Below, in pieces: positions 39,746-47,758 of a stretch of 64,000 nucleotides of DNA. The stretch comes from an uncultured Candidatus Saccharibacteria bacterium (GTDB lineage: Bacteria > Patescibacteriota > Saccharimonadia > Saccharimonadales > UBA4665). The stretch lies in assembly GCA_963797185.1 (NCBI GenBank), contig CAWCON010000001.1, positions 7,580 through 71,579 on the forward strand, in the 5' to 3' direction. A program made the translations under genes and the position numbers. Positions within the stretch are counted from its first letter, which is position 1. Each line of letters begins with the position of its first letter. The notes below the pieces were generated by a model. It was not told the DNA's origin and ran no database searches. It was given only the letters and a program-made list of their open reading frames with translations.

Positions 39746-39838
39746 TGGCGGAGAGGGAGGGATTCGAACCCTCGATACCGTATAAAGCGGTATACCGCTT
39801 TTCGAGAGCGGCACCTTCAACCACTCGGACACCTCTCC
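39746..39838 (-). tRNA. tRNA-Ser (anticodon CGA), CCA encoded
   Basis: Manual cloverleaf: acceptor GGAGAGG/CCTCTCC, anticodon stem CCGCT/AGCGG with loop CTCGAAA, a long variable arm, a GAGGG-TTCGAATC-CCTC T-arm, and a 3' GCCA. Confidence 0.9.
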
Positions 39839-39920
39839 TTAACGAATCTATTTTAACAGACGACTGCTAGTGACATTGATTTAGATATGATAAAATTAGC
39901 CCCTGTTATACAAGATGTAC

Positions 39921-39996
39921 GCGCCCGTAGTTCAGCGGATAGAATGTCGGCTTGCGGAGCCGGAGGTCGCAGGTTCGAATCCTGCCGGGCGTACCA
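39921..39996 (+). tRNA. tRNA-Arg (anticodon GCG), CCA encoded
   Basis: Manual cloverleaf: acceptor GCGCCCG/CGGGCGT (G1-U72), D arm GTTC..GAAT, anticodon stem TCGGC/GCCGG with loop TTGCGGA, T arm GCAGG-TTCGAAT-CCTGC, and a 3' ACCA. Confidence 0.88.
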
Positions 39997-40018
39997 TTTC
40001 GCTTATACTAAAGGCTCT

Positions 40019-40822
40019 CTATAGAGTCTTTTTCTTTGCAATAGCTAGTGTCATTGCAAAATGTCTTTTTGCAGCTCCATCGAATTGCGTATCAACAAGT
40101 TGCTGTATTGCGTCCAAGAAGCCCCTGCGTTTTTCTTCAGGCAAGGCGATAATTGGCGAGTAGGTACTTAAAAGTCCCGCATATTCAAGCCCGGAGTAGG
40201 TTGCCATATACGGAAAAGAGGTAAAGCTTCGTAGTTCAAAGAGCGACTCATCTATGTCGGGCGGTTTCAGATTACTAATTTTGGGTAAGCGAAACGTGCC
40301 CTCTTTGTTGTCTGGCGCATTACCGGTAGTAAACTTCTCGTAAATCGGCTTGCTTGCAAAAAAGAATTTATCACCTTGTTCGTCAGATACAATCTCACTG
40401 AAAATGATAGCAAGATATCCCTCTGCCTTAAGAACTCTATAGGGTTTTATAAACCTAAATTCCGGGCGTATCCAATGAAGCGCGGTAGCAGAGTATACTA
40501 GGTCGAACCTTGATTCAGGAAGCGGAACGTCTTCGAACGCGCCGGTAATAATTTCTACCTTTTCATAATCTTTTAACACCAAACGAGTTTTGTTGGCTAA
40601 ATCAGTACCTAGCTCAATGCCAGTTATTTGATAGCCGCGCTTTGCCAAGGACTCAGTAGCTTGTCCGGTACCTACCCCTATTTCTAATAGTTGAGCATGT
40701 GGTTCAAGTCGGGTATCTGCAATTAGTTTTTCGAATAACTCTTCGGGATAACGTGGTCGGTAAGCTTGGTATCTGTTGGCATCATCATTAAAAGTAAATC
40801 TGCGTTCTAGGTCATATGCCAT
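40019..40822 (-). CDS. Class I SAM-dependent methyltransferase
   Basis: Track ORF of 267 aa with motif I LLEIGVGTGQAT and post-I ITGIELG. Confidence 0.85.
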   Translation of the reverse strand: MAYDLERRFTFNDDANRYQAYRPRYPEELFEKLIADTRLEPHAQLLEIGVGTGQATESLAKRGYQITGIELGTDLANKTRLVLKDYEKVEIITGAFEDVPLPESRFDLVYSATALHWIRPEFRFIKPYRVLKAEGYLAIIFSEIVSDEQGDKFFFASKPIYEKFTTGNAPDNKEGTFRLPKISNLKPPDIDESLFELRSFTSFPYMATYSGLEYAGLLSTYSPIIALPEEKRRGFLDAIQQLVDTQFDGAAKRHFAMTLAIAKKKTL

Positions 40823-40917
40823 CCCACGATTCTATCATTTGGACACTTATAGATGGTACTAACCTGGTGTGGTGTCCATCTTGAAGCCAATAAAACTTTA
40901 CTAACTTTTATATACTG

Positions 40918-40945
40918 ATCAAGAGCTATTCGAACACCTCTTGAT
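40918..40945 (-). terminator. Hairpin just after the stop of the 958-aa gene
   Basis: ATCAAGAG-N12-CTCTTGAT forms an 8-bp stem 5 nt downstream of the stop at 40951-40953. The minus-strand tail is A/U-rich. Confidence 0.4.
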
Positions 40946-40950
40946 TAAAT

Positions 40951-43827
40951 TTAACCGACACTAAGACGCATTAGCCTTAAGTTCTGACCTCCGCCACCTG
41001 TAGATGATGACGATCCTCCACTTGGGGCTTGGTAAACCTGCCATTCAGCACCCTGAAAAGCCTGATTAGCAGAGTTGAAAGTTGAAGAATTGTTGCCTAT
41101 GGTAGCAGCGGCAGAGTCGGGTTCTCCGGCGAGACTCGTCTGAGTCACTACCAACTTAAGCTTGGTAGCAGCACCGCTCAAAGAGAAGCTACCAGCAAAG
41201 GCTGAGGCATGATCCCACCAGGTAGTGCGCACTGCAGGGTCGACATTGCCGGGCGTTCCCGGAGCAGCCACTGAAACAGCGGTAGCATTTGAATAAGAGT
41301 AAACTGTGGTGTCAGATCCCCCAATAGTAGCAACAATCTCAAAGGCAATCGGTGCCGAGGCGCCATAGTTTTTACCCGACTGGCTCAGTAAACTAGGATT
41401 CCATGGAGGAACACCCTTTAGGGCAAAGATATAGCTACCAGCAGCAACGGTACCGCCAGAGCTGCCAAAGTTTGAGGCAACAACCGAGGCGGGAATTGTA
41501 GCATCGAAATAAGGCGCGCCCGGTGAAGGCGGATCGTTGATATAGTTATGCCCCCAGCTACCGCTTCCTATAGGACTAACTGAAGCTGATGATTCGTTAA
41601 CGAGCGTCTCCGCCGTCTGAACCAGGTTAGCCTGTACGTTTGCCACGCTGATTATATTGGAGCCCGTGTCGACCACAGATACAGTAGTGCTAAGAGGAAG
41701 AAACACAGCGGTTACGAGATCATCTGTTGGCACCGTAATTTGAGTACCGGTGACCGTGACCATGACCGGAGTTCCAAAGCCATTCTGAGCAGTGGCGGCT
41801 GACGCAGCGCCGGAAGATCCGACATTGAGAGTAACAGTGTCGGCAGTGAAGGTGGAAGCCAGAAGTATAACATCTCGTGATAGGGATGAGCTACTGTAGT
41901 GCAGCCCCAAGAAATGGGTATCTCCAGGCGAACTAGCTGAGCCGAAAGACAACTGGGTGGGTTTCGAGGTAGGAGAACAAGTAGTACCCCTTAGTGCCTC
42001 ACTCATAACGTGCATAGCGACAGCACCCGCACGGATACTGCCACCCTCAATAAATCCGGACGGATCAGAGGGATCAGCCCCAACAACAGTGTCAAAGAAG
42101 TATAGATTCTCCTTAGGGAAGCCGTTAAGTTCACGCACCATCGCTAACTTTGTACAGTGAGCAGCATGACGACGCATGTGGTAAACACCATAATAACAGC
42201 CGTAGTTGCCAGTTTCGGTGTCCCAGAAAGTCAGGTGTGGCGAAGAGGAGGCAGCAATGGCGGTGCTGATACCCCCATAATCTTGACGCAATGAAACTAT
42301 ATCCGGTTGATTCTCGTAACTATTCTCATGGTGGCCGCTGGTGCCGTTAAGACTCGTTGCATTAATAACGGCAGTAAATTCTGATGCCGAAGAATTATTA
42401 TAGATTCCGCCCGAGCAGTAGCCAATTAGCTTGGCGCTGGAATCAGCAGCCAAAATTGCAGTTGCGTCGGTGTTAATACCAGAAATGATGTTTGCTTGAC
42501 TCCACCCCTCATCCTCGGGTTCATTGGTTGGCACCTCATACGTCGCGCCACTGAAACCATTTGTTACCATCTGACTGACGAAGGTGCCGTATTGTGCGGC
42601 TGTTGGGCTTTGATATGTTCCTGAGGTACTAGTAGCGAGCCATAAGGTATGGGGTCGTGCTGAGTCGAGACCTGGTCCTTGGAAGTAGGGATCGCTCGCA
42701 TAGTTAGAAGCAATTTGAGAAGCCGATGATTGGGGCCAACTGTACTGACCGCGATCCTGGGCGGTACCCATCCAGGCGCAGAGTGCGAAACTATTGCCAG
42801 TGCTGACGGTATAGCCTTCGGCTACTGGATCAAAGCCTTGGGGAGTCGCTCCAACATAGAAATAGCAACCAATAGGTTGGGGACTAGTAACAAAGCTACC
42901 GGAAGCACCGGCAACGGTAGCATGCTGGAGAACTAATACATTACCTACCGTGTGTGGACTGACGTTAACAACGTACGAAGACGCGCCACTAGAGGAGTTG
43001 CCATTCGTCCACACGCCAACATGAGACATTGAGATCGAGCCAGTACCACTGGCTCCAAGAATAACTCCCGTGGCGTAGCTAACTCCTGCTGATGCCTGCG
43101 AGCAAGTCGGTGAAGTAGTGCCTGAAGAAAGATTAAGATTATAACAAAAGGCAGCTGGATTGGCGCCTGTTCCATTTTGAGGCGTATAGGTATATCCACT
43201 CGTACTGCCAGCGCTTATCGTCGAACCCCCACCTTCGGCACACCCTACATAGAGCTGATTATTAGCGGTAGCTGTAAGGGAAGGGAATGCTACCGTCGTA
43301 CTCGATCCATTTGTGACAACACTACTGTTAATCTGAGCCCAGGTAGGCGAAGATAGACCTGAAGAGAACTCATCTATCTCAGCGCTCCACAACTGAGCGC
43401 CAGGGATACCTGATACATAAAGAGGAATGTTCGATCCCGTAGTAGTGACTTCACCCCACCAAATTTCTTCATCATTCTGACCGCTGGTGGGAGCTGAAGC
43501 TTGGTGCCAAGTAGCAACACCGCCACCTTGTACCGATGGCGCAGATTGGTTAACGACAAACTGATAATCATCGATCCCAACAGAGCCACCACTAACCCAA
43601 ACTCCTGATGTGGCGACAGTAATCTGGCTGACAGTTGTGGCGCATGTACCACTGGCCACTGTTGCTCCACTGCTGTTGTAAACCGTCCAAGATGTGGCGC
43701 CAATCGGGTACAAACCATCAGAAACTCCGCCTTGACCATAGCCATTAATAACAATGGTCGGCGTGTCGGCGTGTCGGTAAATCCCTTCCCACGCGTTGGC
43801 AGTAACGGTGACAGTATAGGCAGACAT
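40951..43827 (-). CDS. Large Ser/Thr/Gly-rich protein with a central clan GH-A-like glycoside hydrolase signature and a discoidin/CBM-like C-terminus; no signal peptide
   Basis: Track ORF of 958 aa. YEVPTNEPEDEGW (aa 430-442) resembles the acid/base NEP motif. FWDTETGNYG (aa 534-543) resembles the nucleophile TE motif, about 100 aa downstream. The C-terminus has AEWQVY. Confidence 0.55.
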   Translation of the reverse strand: MSAYTVTVTANAWEGIYRHADTPTIVINGYGQGGVSDGLYPIGATSWTVYNSSGATVASGTCATTVSQITVATSGVWVSGGSVGIDDYQFVVNQSAPSVQGGGVATWHQASAPTSGQNDEEIWWGEVTTTGSNIPLYVSGIPGAQLWSAEIDEFSSGLSSPTWAQINSSVVTNGSSTTVAFPSLTATANNQLYVGCAEGGGSTISAGSTSGYTYTPQNGTGANPAAFCYNLNLSSGTTSPTCSQASAGVSYATGVILGASGTGSISMSHVGVWTNGNSSSGASSYVVNVSPHTVGNVLVLQHATVAGASGSFVTSPQPIGCYFYVGATPQGFDPVAEGYTVSTGNSFALCAWMGTAQDRGQYSWPQSSASQIASNYASDPYFQGPGLDSARPHTLWLATSTSGTYQSPTAAQYGTFVSQMVTNGFSGATYEVPTNEPEDEGWSQANIISGINTDATAILAADSSAKLIGYCSGGIYNNSSASEFTAVINATSLNGTSGHHENSYENQPDIVSLRQDYGGISTAIAASSSPHLTFWDTETGNYGCYYGVYHMRRHAAHCTKLAMVRELNGFPKENLYFFDTVVGADPSDPSGFIEGGSIRAGAVAMHVMSEALRGTTCSPTSKPTQLSFGSASSPGDTHFLGLHYSSSSLSRDVILLASTFTADTVTLNVGSSGAASAATAQNGFGTPVMVTVTGTQITVPTDDLVTAVFLPLSTTVSVVDTGSNIISVANVQANLVQTAETLVNESSASVSPIGSGSWGHNYINDPPSPGAPYFDATIPASVVASNFGSSGGTVAAGSYIFALKGVPPWNPSLLSQSGKNYGASAPIAFEIVATIGGSDTTVYSYSNATAVSVAAPGTPGNVDPAVRTTWWDHASAFAGSFSLSGAATKLKLVVTQTSLAGEPDSAAATIGNNSSTFNSANQAFQGAEWQVYQAPSGGSSSSTGGGGQNLRLMRLSVG

Positions 43828-43915
43828 TAATGTAGCCCTGTGGACGTAATCAGGTTTGCTGCGCTCATCTTATCAACCCTCACGTAAGCTGTTTTGCTAC
43901 CACAGCGGCTCACCA

Positions 43916-45808
43916 TTAGATATTCTGTCCTCGAATAGAGGCGATCCAATTAGTACCGTCATCACAGTGAAACGTAAAAGAATCCATCTTGTTTGCAGCG
44001 GTCGTAAGCGTTGGGGCAGAGCCACCAGGCCACTTAAGACTACCAAACCATGTAACGGTACGTGAACCAGTACCATCTTGGAGTAAATCAAGATCAAACC
44101 ATACACCAACGCCAGCAGTTGGAGCCGTAAGAGTACAGTTGGCAGTTAGTTCAAGGTAGTTAATTTGCGCCGCCAAGAGTGTTTGGGTTGTCCCAGAGCT
44201 AGCCACTGTATGAACTGTCTGTGTTCCCGTATAAGCAGCTACAACATCCCAAGTATTAGCGGCAGTTTGAACAGCAACTAATGTGCCGTATTGAGACATG
44301 ACGGTCAGAGAACCATGCACAGTAACTCCAGCGCCAGCAGCCACGGTCAGAGAACCAGTGCCAACTTGACGGAAGACCGCCATAGAGCCAACCGGAGCAT
44401 CTACTGAACTGTTTGGTGGGATAGTAACCGTACCCGCAGAGCTAGAGTTGTAATCCCCCTCGGCTCCTATATCAGTTGCAGATAATGTCCAGCCAGATGA
44501 ATAGCTGTTGATAGTAACTGGTGTTTGTGGAATCTGATCCAAGGGAGTGTCATCAGTTAAAACATACCAGATTGCAGATGATGTTGTGTATTGAAGTATG
44601 GCACCTTGATGAAGAAGTTGCAGAGTTAAACTGGTAGCACCTGATACGATATTAAAAACATCACCACCACTAGCGCTAATCGTCAGCGTGTTGCCAAGCG
44701 TGCTCTTAATAATCTTTACCCCGATCTGGGATTTATCAGAAGGAGCATGCGGTAAGGTGACGGTAACGCTTGCACTCGACACATCAACGGGCACAAAATC
44801 TCCAACACTTGCATTATAGGCGCTCGTTTTAACAGCAGTGGGTGCTAGCTCTGAAGCAGCTGAAGGTGTCGCCCAGGTAGCTGCAGAGCTACTACTGGCA
44901 GTAATGACTTGGCCGGAGGATGGAGTACCAGTAACTGCTACTCCATTAACCTTAGCCACTGTAGGAGAAGGCAGAGTACCACTAAGGTCTCCACCAGCTG
45001 TGGAGGAGATGGTAGCGGCTGTTCCTAGTCCTAAGTTTGTTCTGGCAGTGGAAGCTACTGCTACATCAGATAAGTTATTACTGGCTTGTAGAAGTCCAGT
45101 CACTGCACCAGTCATACCATCAACTGAGGATACTGCTCCACCTCCACCTGATGGTGTAGCCCAGGTAGCAGCTGAGGATGAGGAGGCAGTAATAACCTGG
45201 CCGGAGGATGGAGTACCAGTAACTGCTACTCCATTAACCTTAGCAACCGTTGGAGATGGAAGGGTGCCTGAGAGATCTCCACCAGCAGTAGAGGAGATGG
45301 TAGCTGCGCTACCAAGACCGAGGTTTGTGCGGGCAGTAGAAGTACTCGCTAGATCACTTAGGTTGTTAGCCTTCTGAGCTGCTCCAGCTACCGTAGTATT
45401 AGCAGAGATGATAGCCTCTACGTTAGTAGAGTTAGTGATAGTTGGAGTCGTAGCCGTACCAGCAAGATCACCAGCGAGTTGAATTAAGCCTGGGGTACTG
45501 GTAGTAGCATTGTTGACGGTAGTACTGGATACCGTACTCGGTATCCAGCTATTGCTGGAACTGTTATAGGCCAGTACTTGGCCATTACTGGCAGAAGAAG
45601 CGGTGGTGGTATCAGCCAGATTAGTTAGTTTAAGACTGAGGGCTCCACTGGTAGGAGTAAGCGAATTAATACTAGTGATAGCTCCTGCTGATTGGAGGGC
45701 AGTGGTAGAGAGGGTGCCATCAGTGTTTAACGAGACTCCGAGGAAACCATTGAGGATAGATCCCCAAGTGCCATCATCACTACCTGGTATTGGAAGTCGT
45801 TGGGTCAT
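43916..45808 (-). CDS. Phage-tail-fibre-like protein with an internal tandem duplication; no signal peptide
   Basis: Track ORF of 630 aa. The N-terminus LPIPGSDDGTWGSILNGFL and the twice-repeated NNLSD...ARTNLGLG motif are characteristic of tail-fibre and minor-tail proteins. Confidence 0.6.
   Translation of the reverse strand: MTQRLPIPGSDDGTWGSILNGFLGVSLNTDGTLSTTALQSAGAITSINSLTPTSGALSLKLTNLADTTTASSASNGQVLAYNSSSNSWIPSTVSSTTVNNATTSTPGLIQLAGDLAGTATTPTITNSTNVEAIISANTTVAGAAQKANNLSDLASTSTARTNLGLGSAATISSTAGGDLSGTLPSPTVAKVNGVAVTGTPSSGQVITASSSSAATWATPSGGGGAVSSVDGMTGAVTGLLQASNNLSDVAVASTARTNLGLGTAATISSTAGGDLSGTLPSPTVAKVNGVAVTGTPSSGQVITASSSSAATWATPSAASELAPTAVKTSAYNASVGDFVPVDVSSASVTVTLPHAPSDKSQIGVKIIKSTLGNTLTISASGGDVFNIVSGATSLTLQLLHQGAILQYTTSSAIWYVLTDDTPLDQIPQTPVTINSYSSGWTLSATDIGAEGDYNSSSAGTVTIPPNSSVDAPVGSMAVFRQVGTGSLTVAAGAGVTVHGSLTVMSQYGTLVAVQTAANTWDVVAAYTGTQTVHTVASSGTTQTLLAAQINYLELTANCTLTAPTAGVGVWFDLDLLQDGTGSRTVTWFGSLKWPGGSAPTLTTAANKMDSFTFHCDDGTNWIASIRGQNI
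44861..45370 (-). repeat. Intragenic tandem duplication with a 288-nt (96-aa) period inside the fibre-like gene
   Basis: Residues 148-219 and 244-316 differ at 4 positions. A 47-nt stretch is identical at 44910-44956 and 45198-45244, while the flanks are recoded. Confidence 0.9.
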
Positions 45809-45847
45809 GTATACCGTATATAATCTTCTTTGCTTTAAAGATTCCCT

Positions 45848-45874
45848 CTTATGCTGCTTTTAGAATAGCATAAG
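45848..45874 (-). terminator. Hairpin between the 329-aa gene and the fibre-like gene
   Basis: CTTATGCT-N11-AGCATAAG forms an 8-bp stem. There is no clear U tract, so it may be an attenuator or a processing site. Confidence 0.3.
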
Positions 45875-45969
45875 CGAGAGAAGAATGGGTACCAATAAAT
45901 TCGCAAGACGTCGTTAACCACCTAAAGTGGTGTAATAAATATAAATAATGGTAACTACGAAGGATTAAG

Positions 45970-46959
45970 TTAGGTACTTATTTCAAGATGTCGCCGTAAT
46001 GAATCAGCTATTCTTGGATTGCTCATTGCTTCCTGTAAAACACTGACCGTCAATCCAACCTCGATAAGGTGTGCTTGAGCCGTGCGAGCCGCTTGATTAT
46101 CACCAATAACCCGAAATGACCCAATAGATTCACGTAGGTCATCAACTGCCCGTAAATTATTCATCACCGCCATTGTTCCATAATGGGTACTTGTGACATG
46201 GATAATGTTACTACCAGCTAGTCCGAATTCATCTCCGACTACTCCCGGATTATTAACGAGTGCTTGGTACGCATTAAAAACACCTGTCTGCTTTGAGCCA
46301 TCTGATCGTAGTGCTGGCGTCGTTGCCAGAACCACCATTGAAGCTCCGCTAGGATGACGCATGCGCAAAAACGCTGAACCATCAGGCAAAAAACGTACAC
46401 CATAACGATTGCCTGACAATGGTTCGAAACCTTTAACGATTGCAGAGTCAACAAATAGCTCTAATTCGTTAGTGGCTTCTGGCGCAAAGCCCGCTACCGT
46501 CTCACGCTCCTTACTTGACAAAACACGTCGTGGGTCAACGGTTGCTACAATAGGTTGTTCCTCTAAGCCATGAGCTTCAACATAACTAAGGGCTGTTTCT
46601 ATACGCTCCTTATTAGCATTATTGGCTGCACCGACGACATTTAGTAATGTGTTTGGTAAATGCTGCAGGTGAGCTACCTCTTCACGTGCGAAGATAACTG
46701 GTCCACCACCACGCATTTGCAGTTTATCGCTTAAGCCCATTACGTCAGACTCAGCACCTTCTGGCACCTTTAGGGCAGGTATCCCGGTAACGTTAGAGGA
46801 CCAAAGAGCCACCATAGTTGCCGGATTTGCATCATTAGCATCCTCCGGCAGTTTTCCTGCTTGAAGACGCCATCTCTCTACCCGTACACCACTTCTGGCC
46901 ACATCGGGGTGCAATAGTGGTGCGATATTAAAGACATCTTCAGAGGATGCCGCAGCCAT
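45970..46959 (-). CDS. Hypothetical protein (329 aa), first large gene of the fibre cluster
   Basis: Track ORF with no recognisable motif, no signal peptide and no TM helix. Confidence 0.6.
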   Translation of the reverse strand: MAAASSEDVFNIAPLLHPDVARSGVRVERWRLQAGKLPEDANDANPATMVALWSSNVTGIPALKVPEGAESDVMGLSDKLQMRGGGPVIFAREEVAHLQHLPNTLLNVVGAANNANKERIETALSYVEAHGLEEQPIVATVDPRRVLSSKERETVAGFAPEATNELELFVDSAIVKGFEPLSGNRYGVRFLPDGSAFLRMRHPSGASMVVLATTPALRSDGSKQTGVFNAYQALVNNPGVVGDEFGLAGSNIIHVTSTHYGTMAVMNNLRAVDDLRESIGSFRVIGDNQAARTAQAHLIEVGLTVSVLQEAMSNPRIADSLRRHLEIST

Positions 46960-46970
46960 CCGCTCAGTTA

Positions 46971-47099
46971 CTACAGTGTAGAGGATAGACCGGGGTCCTT
47001 TAATTCAATTAAAAGAGGACGAGCAATTTGGCTTGCAACCTCTACGGAAACCTGACAAGCCTCTGGCTGTCCTGCTAATTGTTCAGTACTGCTAATCAT
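46971..47099 (-). CDS. Possible 42-aa leader ORF
   Basis: Own translation: MISSTEQLAGQPEACQVSVEVASQIARPLLIELKDPGLSSTL. It ends 11 nt before the 329-aa ORF start. A TATAAT box lies upstream on the minus strand. Confidence 0.25.
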   Translation of the reverse strand: MISSTEQLAGQPEACQVSVEVASQIARPLLIELKDPGLSSTL

Positions 47100-47192
47100 T
47101 ATTCGCTATACCTTTACTATGGAAATCCATCTGATTAATGAGAATCTACCTAGCATAATTATACCATCAGATAGCTGATCATAGCTATAATA

Positions 47193-47221
47193 TTGACATT
47201 TGAACAAGCTTGTGTTAATAA
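47193..47221 (+). promoter_or_regulatory. Sigma-70-like promoter for the 47251 gene
   Basis: TTGACA (47193-47198), a 17-nt spacer, then TAATAA (47216-47221). Confidence 0.45.
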
Positions 47222-47250
47222 TTACAGGTCCTTTTTTAAAACAAAAAATT

Positions 47251-47610
47251 ATGTCAGCCAACAATCAAGAATCACCACAGTCACAACAACGAATATCGAA
47301 CTCGTTACGCGTAGCGATTAGCATGGCAGCTTTGGCTAGTCTGCAGACACCGAACATAGGAGAAGAATCAGTAATCCAGTCCCAACCAGCTGCTGTTGCT
47401 TCCGCATCTCCCGAACTGACAAGTCTAGACGAAACTGCCTCCATGATTAACTCGTTTCCAGCTGAGGCCCCGAGTGCTGGTGCTTCGGACATGACGCTAA
47501 ACCCTTCTCTGCATATCAACCTTAACTCAACAGGTGAGCTAGCTCACGAGCAATACGTTTCTCCGGGCGACATACCAGCTACAGCTCAAGAGTATATGGA
47601 CAACAACTAA
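47251..47610 (+). CDS. Acidic, low-complexity hypothetical protein
   Basis: Track ORF trimmed to ATG 47251 (MSANNQESPQ...); 119 aa, Ser/Ala/Glu-rich. Confidence 0.45.
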   Translation: MSANNQESPQSQQRISNSLRVAISMAALASLQTPNIGEESVIQSQPAAVASASPELTSLDETASMINSFPAEAPSAGASDMTLNPSLHINLNSTGELAHEQYVSPGDIPATAQEYMDNN

Positions 47611-47758
47611 AGTTGCCTATAAAGCGGTTGTTAATGACGGCAAACTCCAGTTTGTACCCGAGAACAACTCAAGCCAAAACCCTAGTTCATAACGACAAGA
47701 TCCTTCAGCTTTATTCAGCCTATCAAGGTTCAAATGTACGTGTAATATACTGCTCTCT

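Noticed and set aside
39915-40163. An 82-aa plus-strand ORF.
   Set aside because: It starts inside tRNA-Arg and runs antisense into the methyltransferase gene. The tRNA fold explains the sequence.
44861-45370. A diversity-generating retroelement (template and variable repeat) as the explanation for the repeated segment.
   Set aside because: No reverse transcriptase lies nearby. The repeats are in-frame tandem units of one gene. Differences are mostly synonymous and are not adenine-specific.
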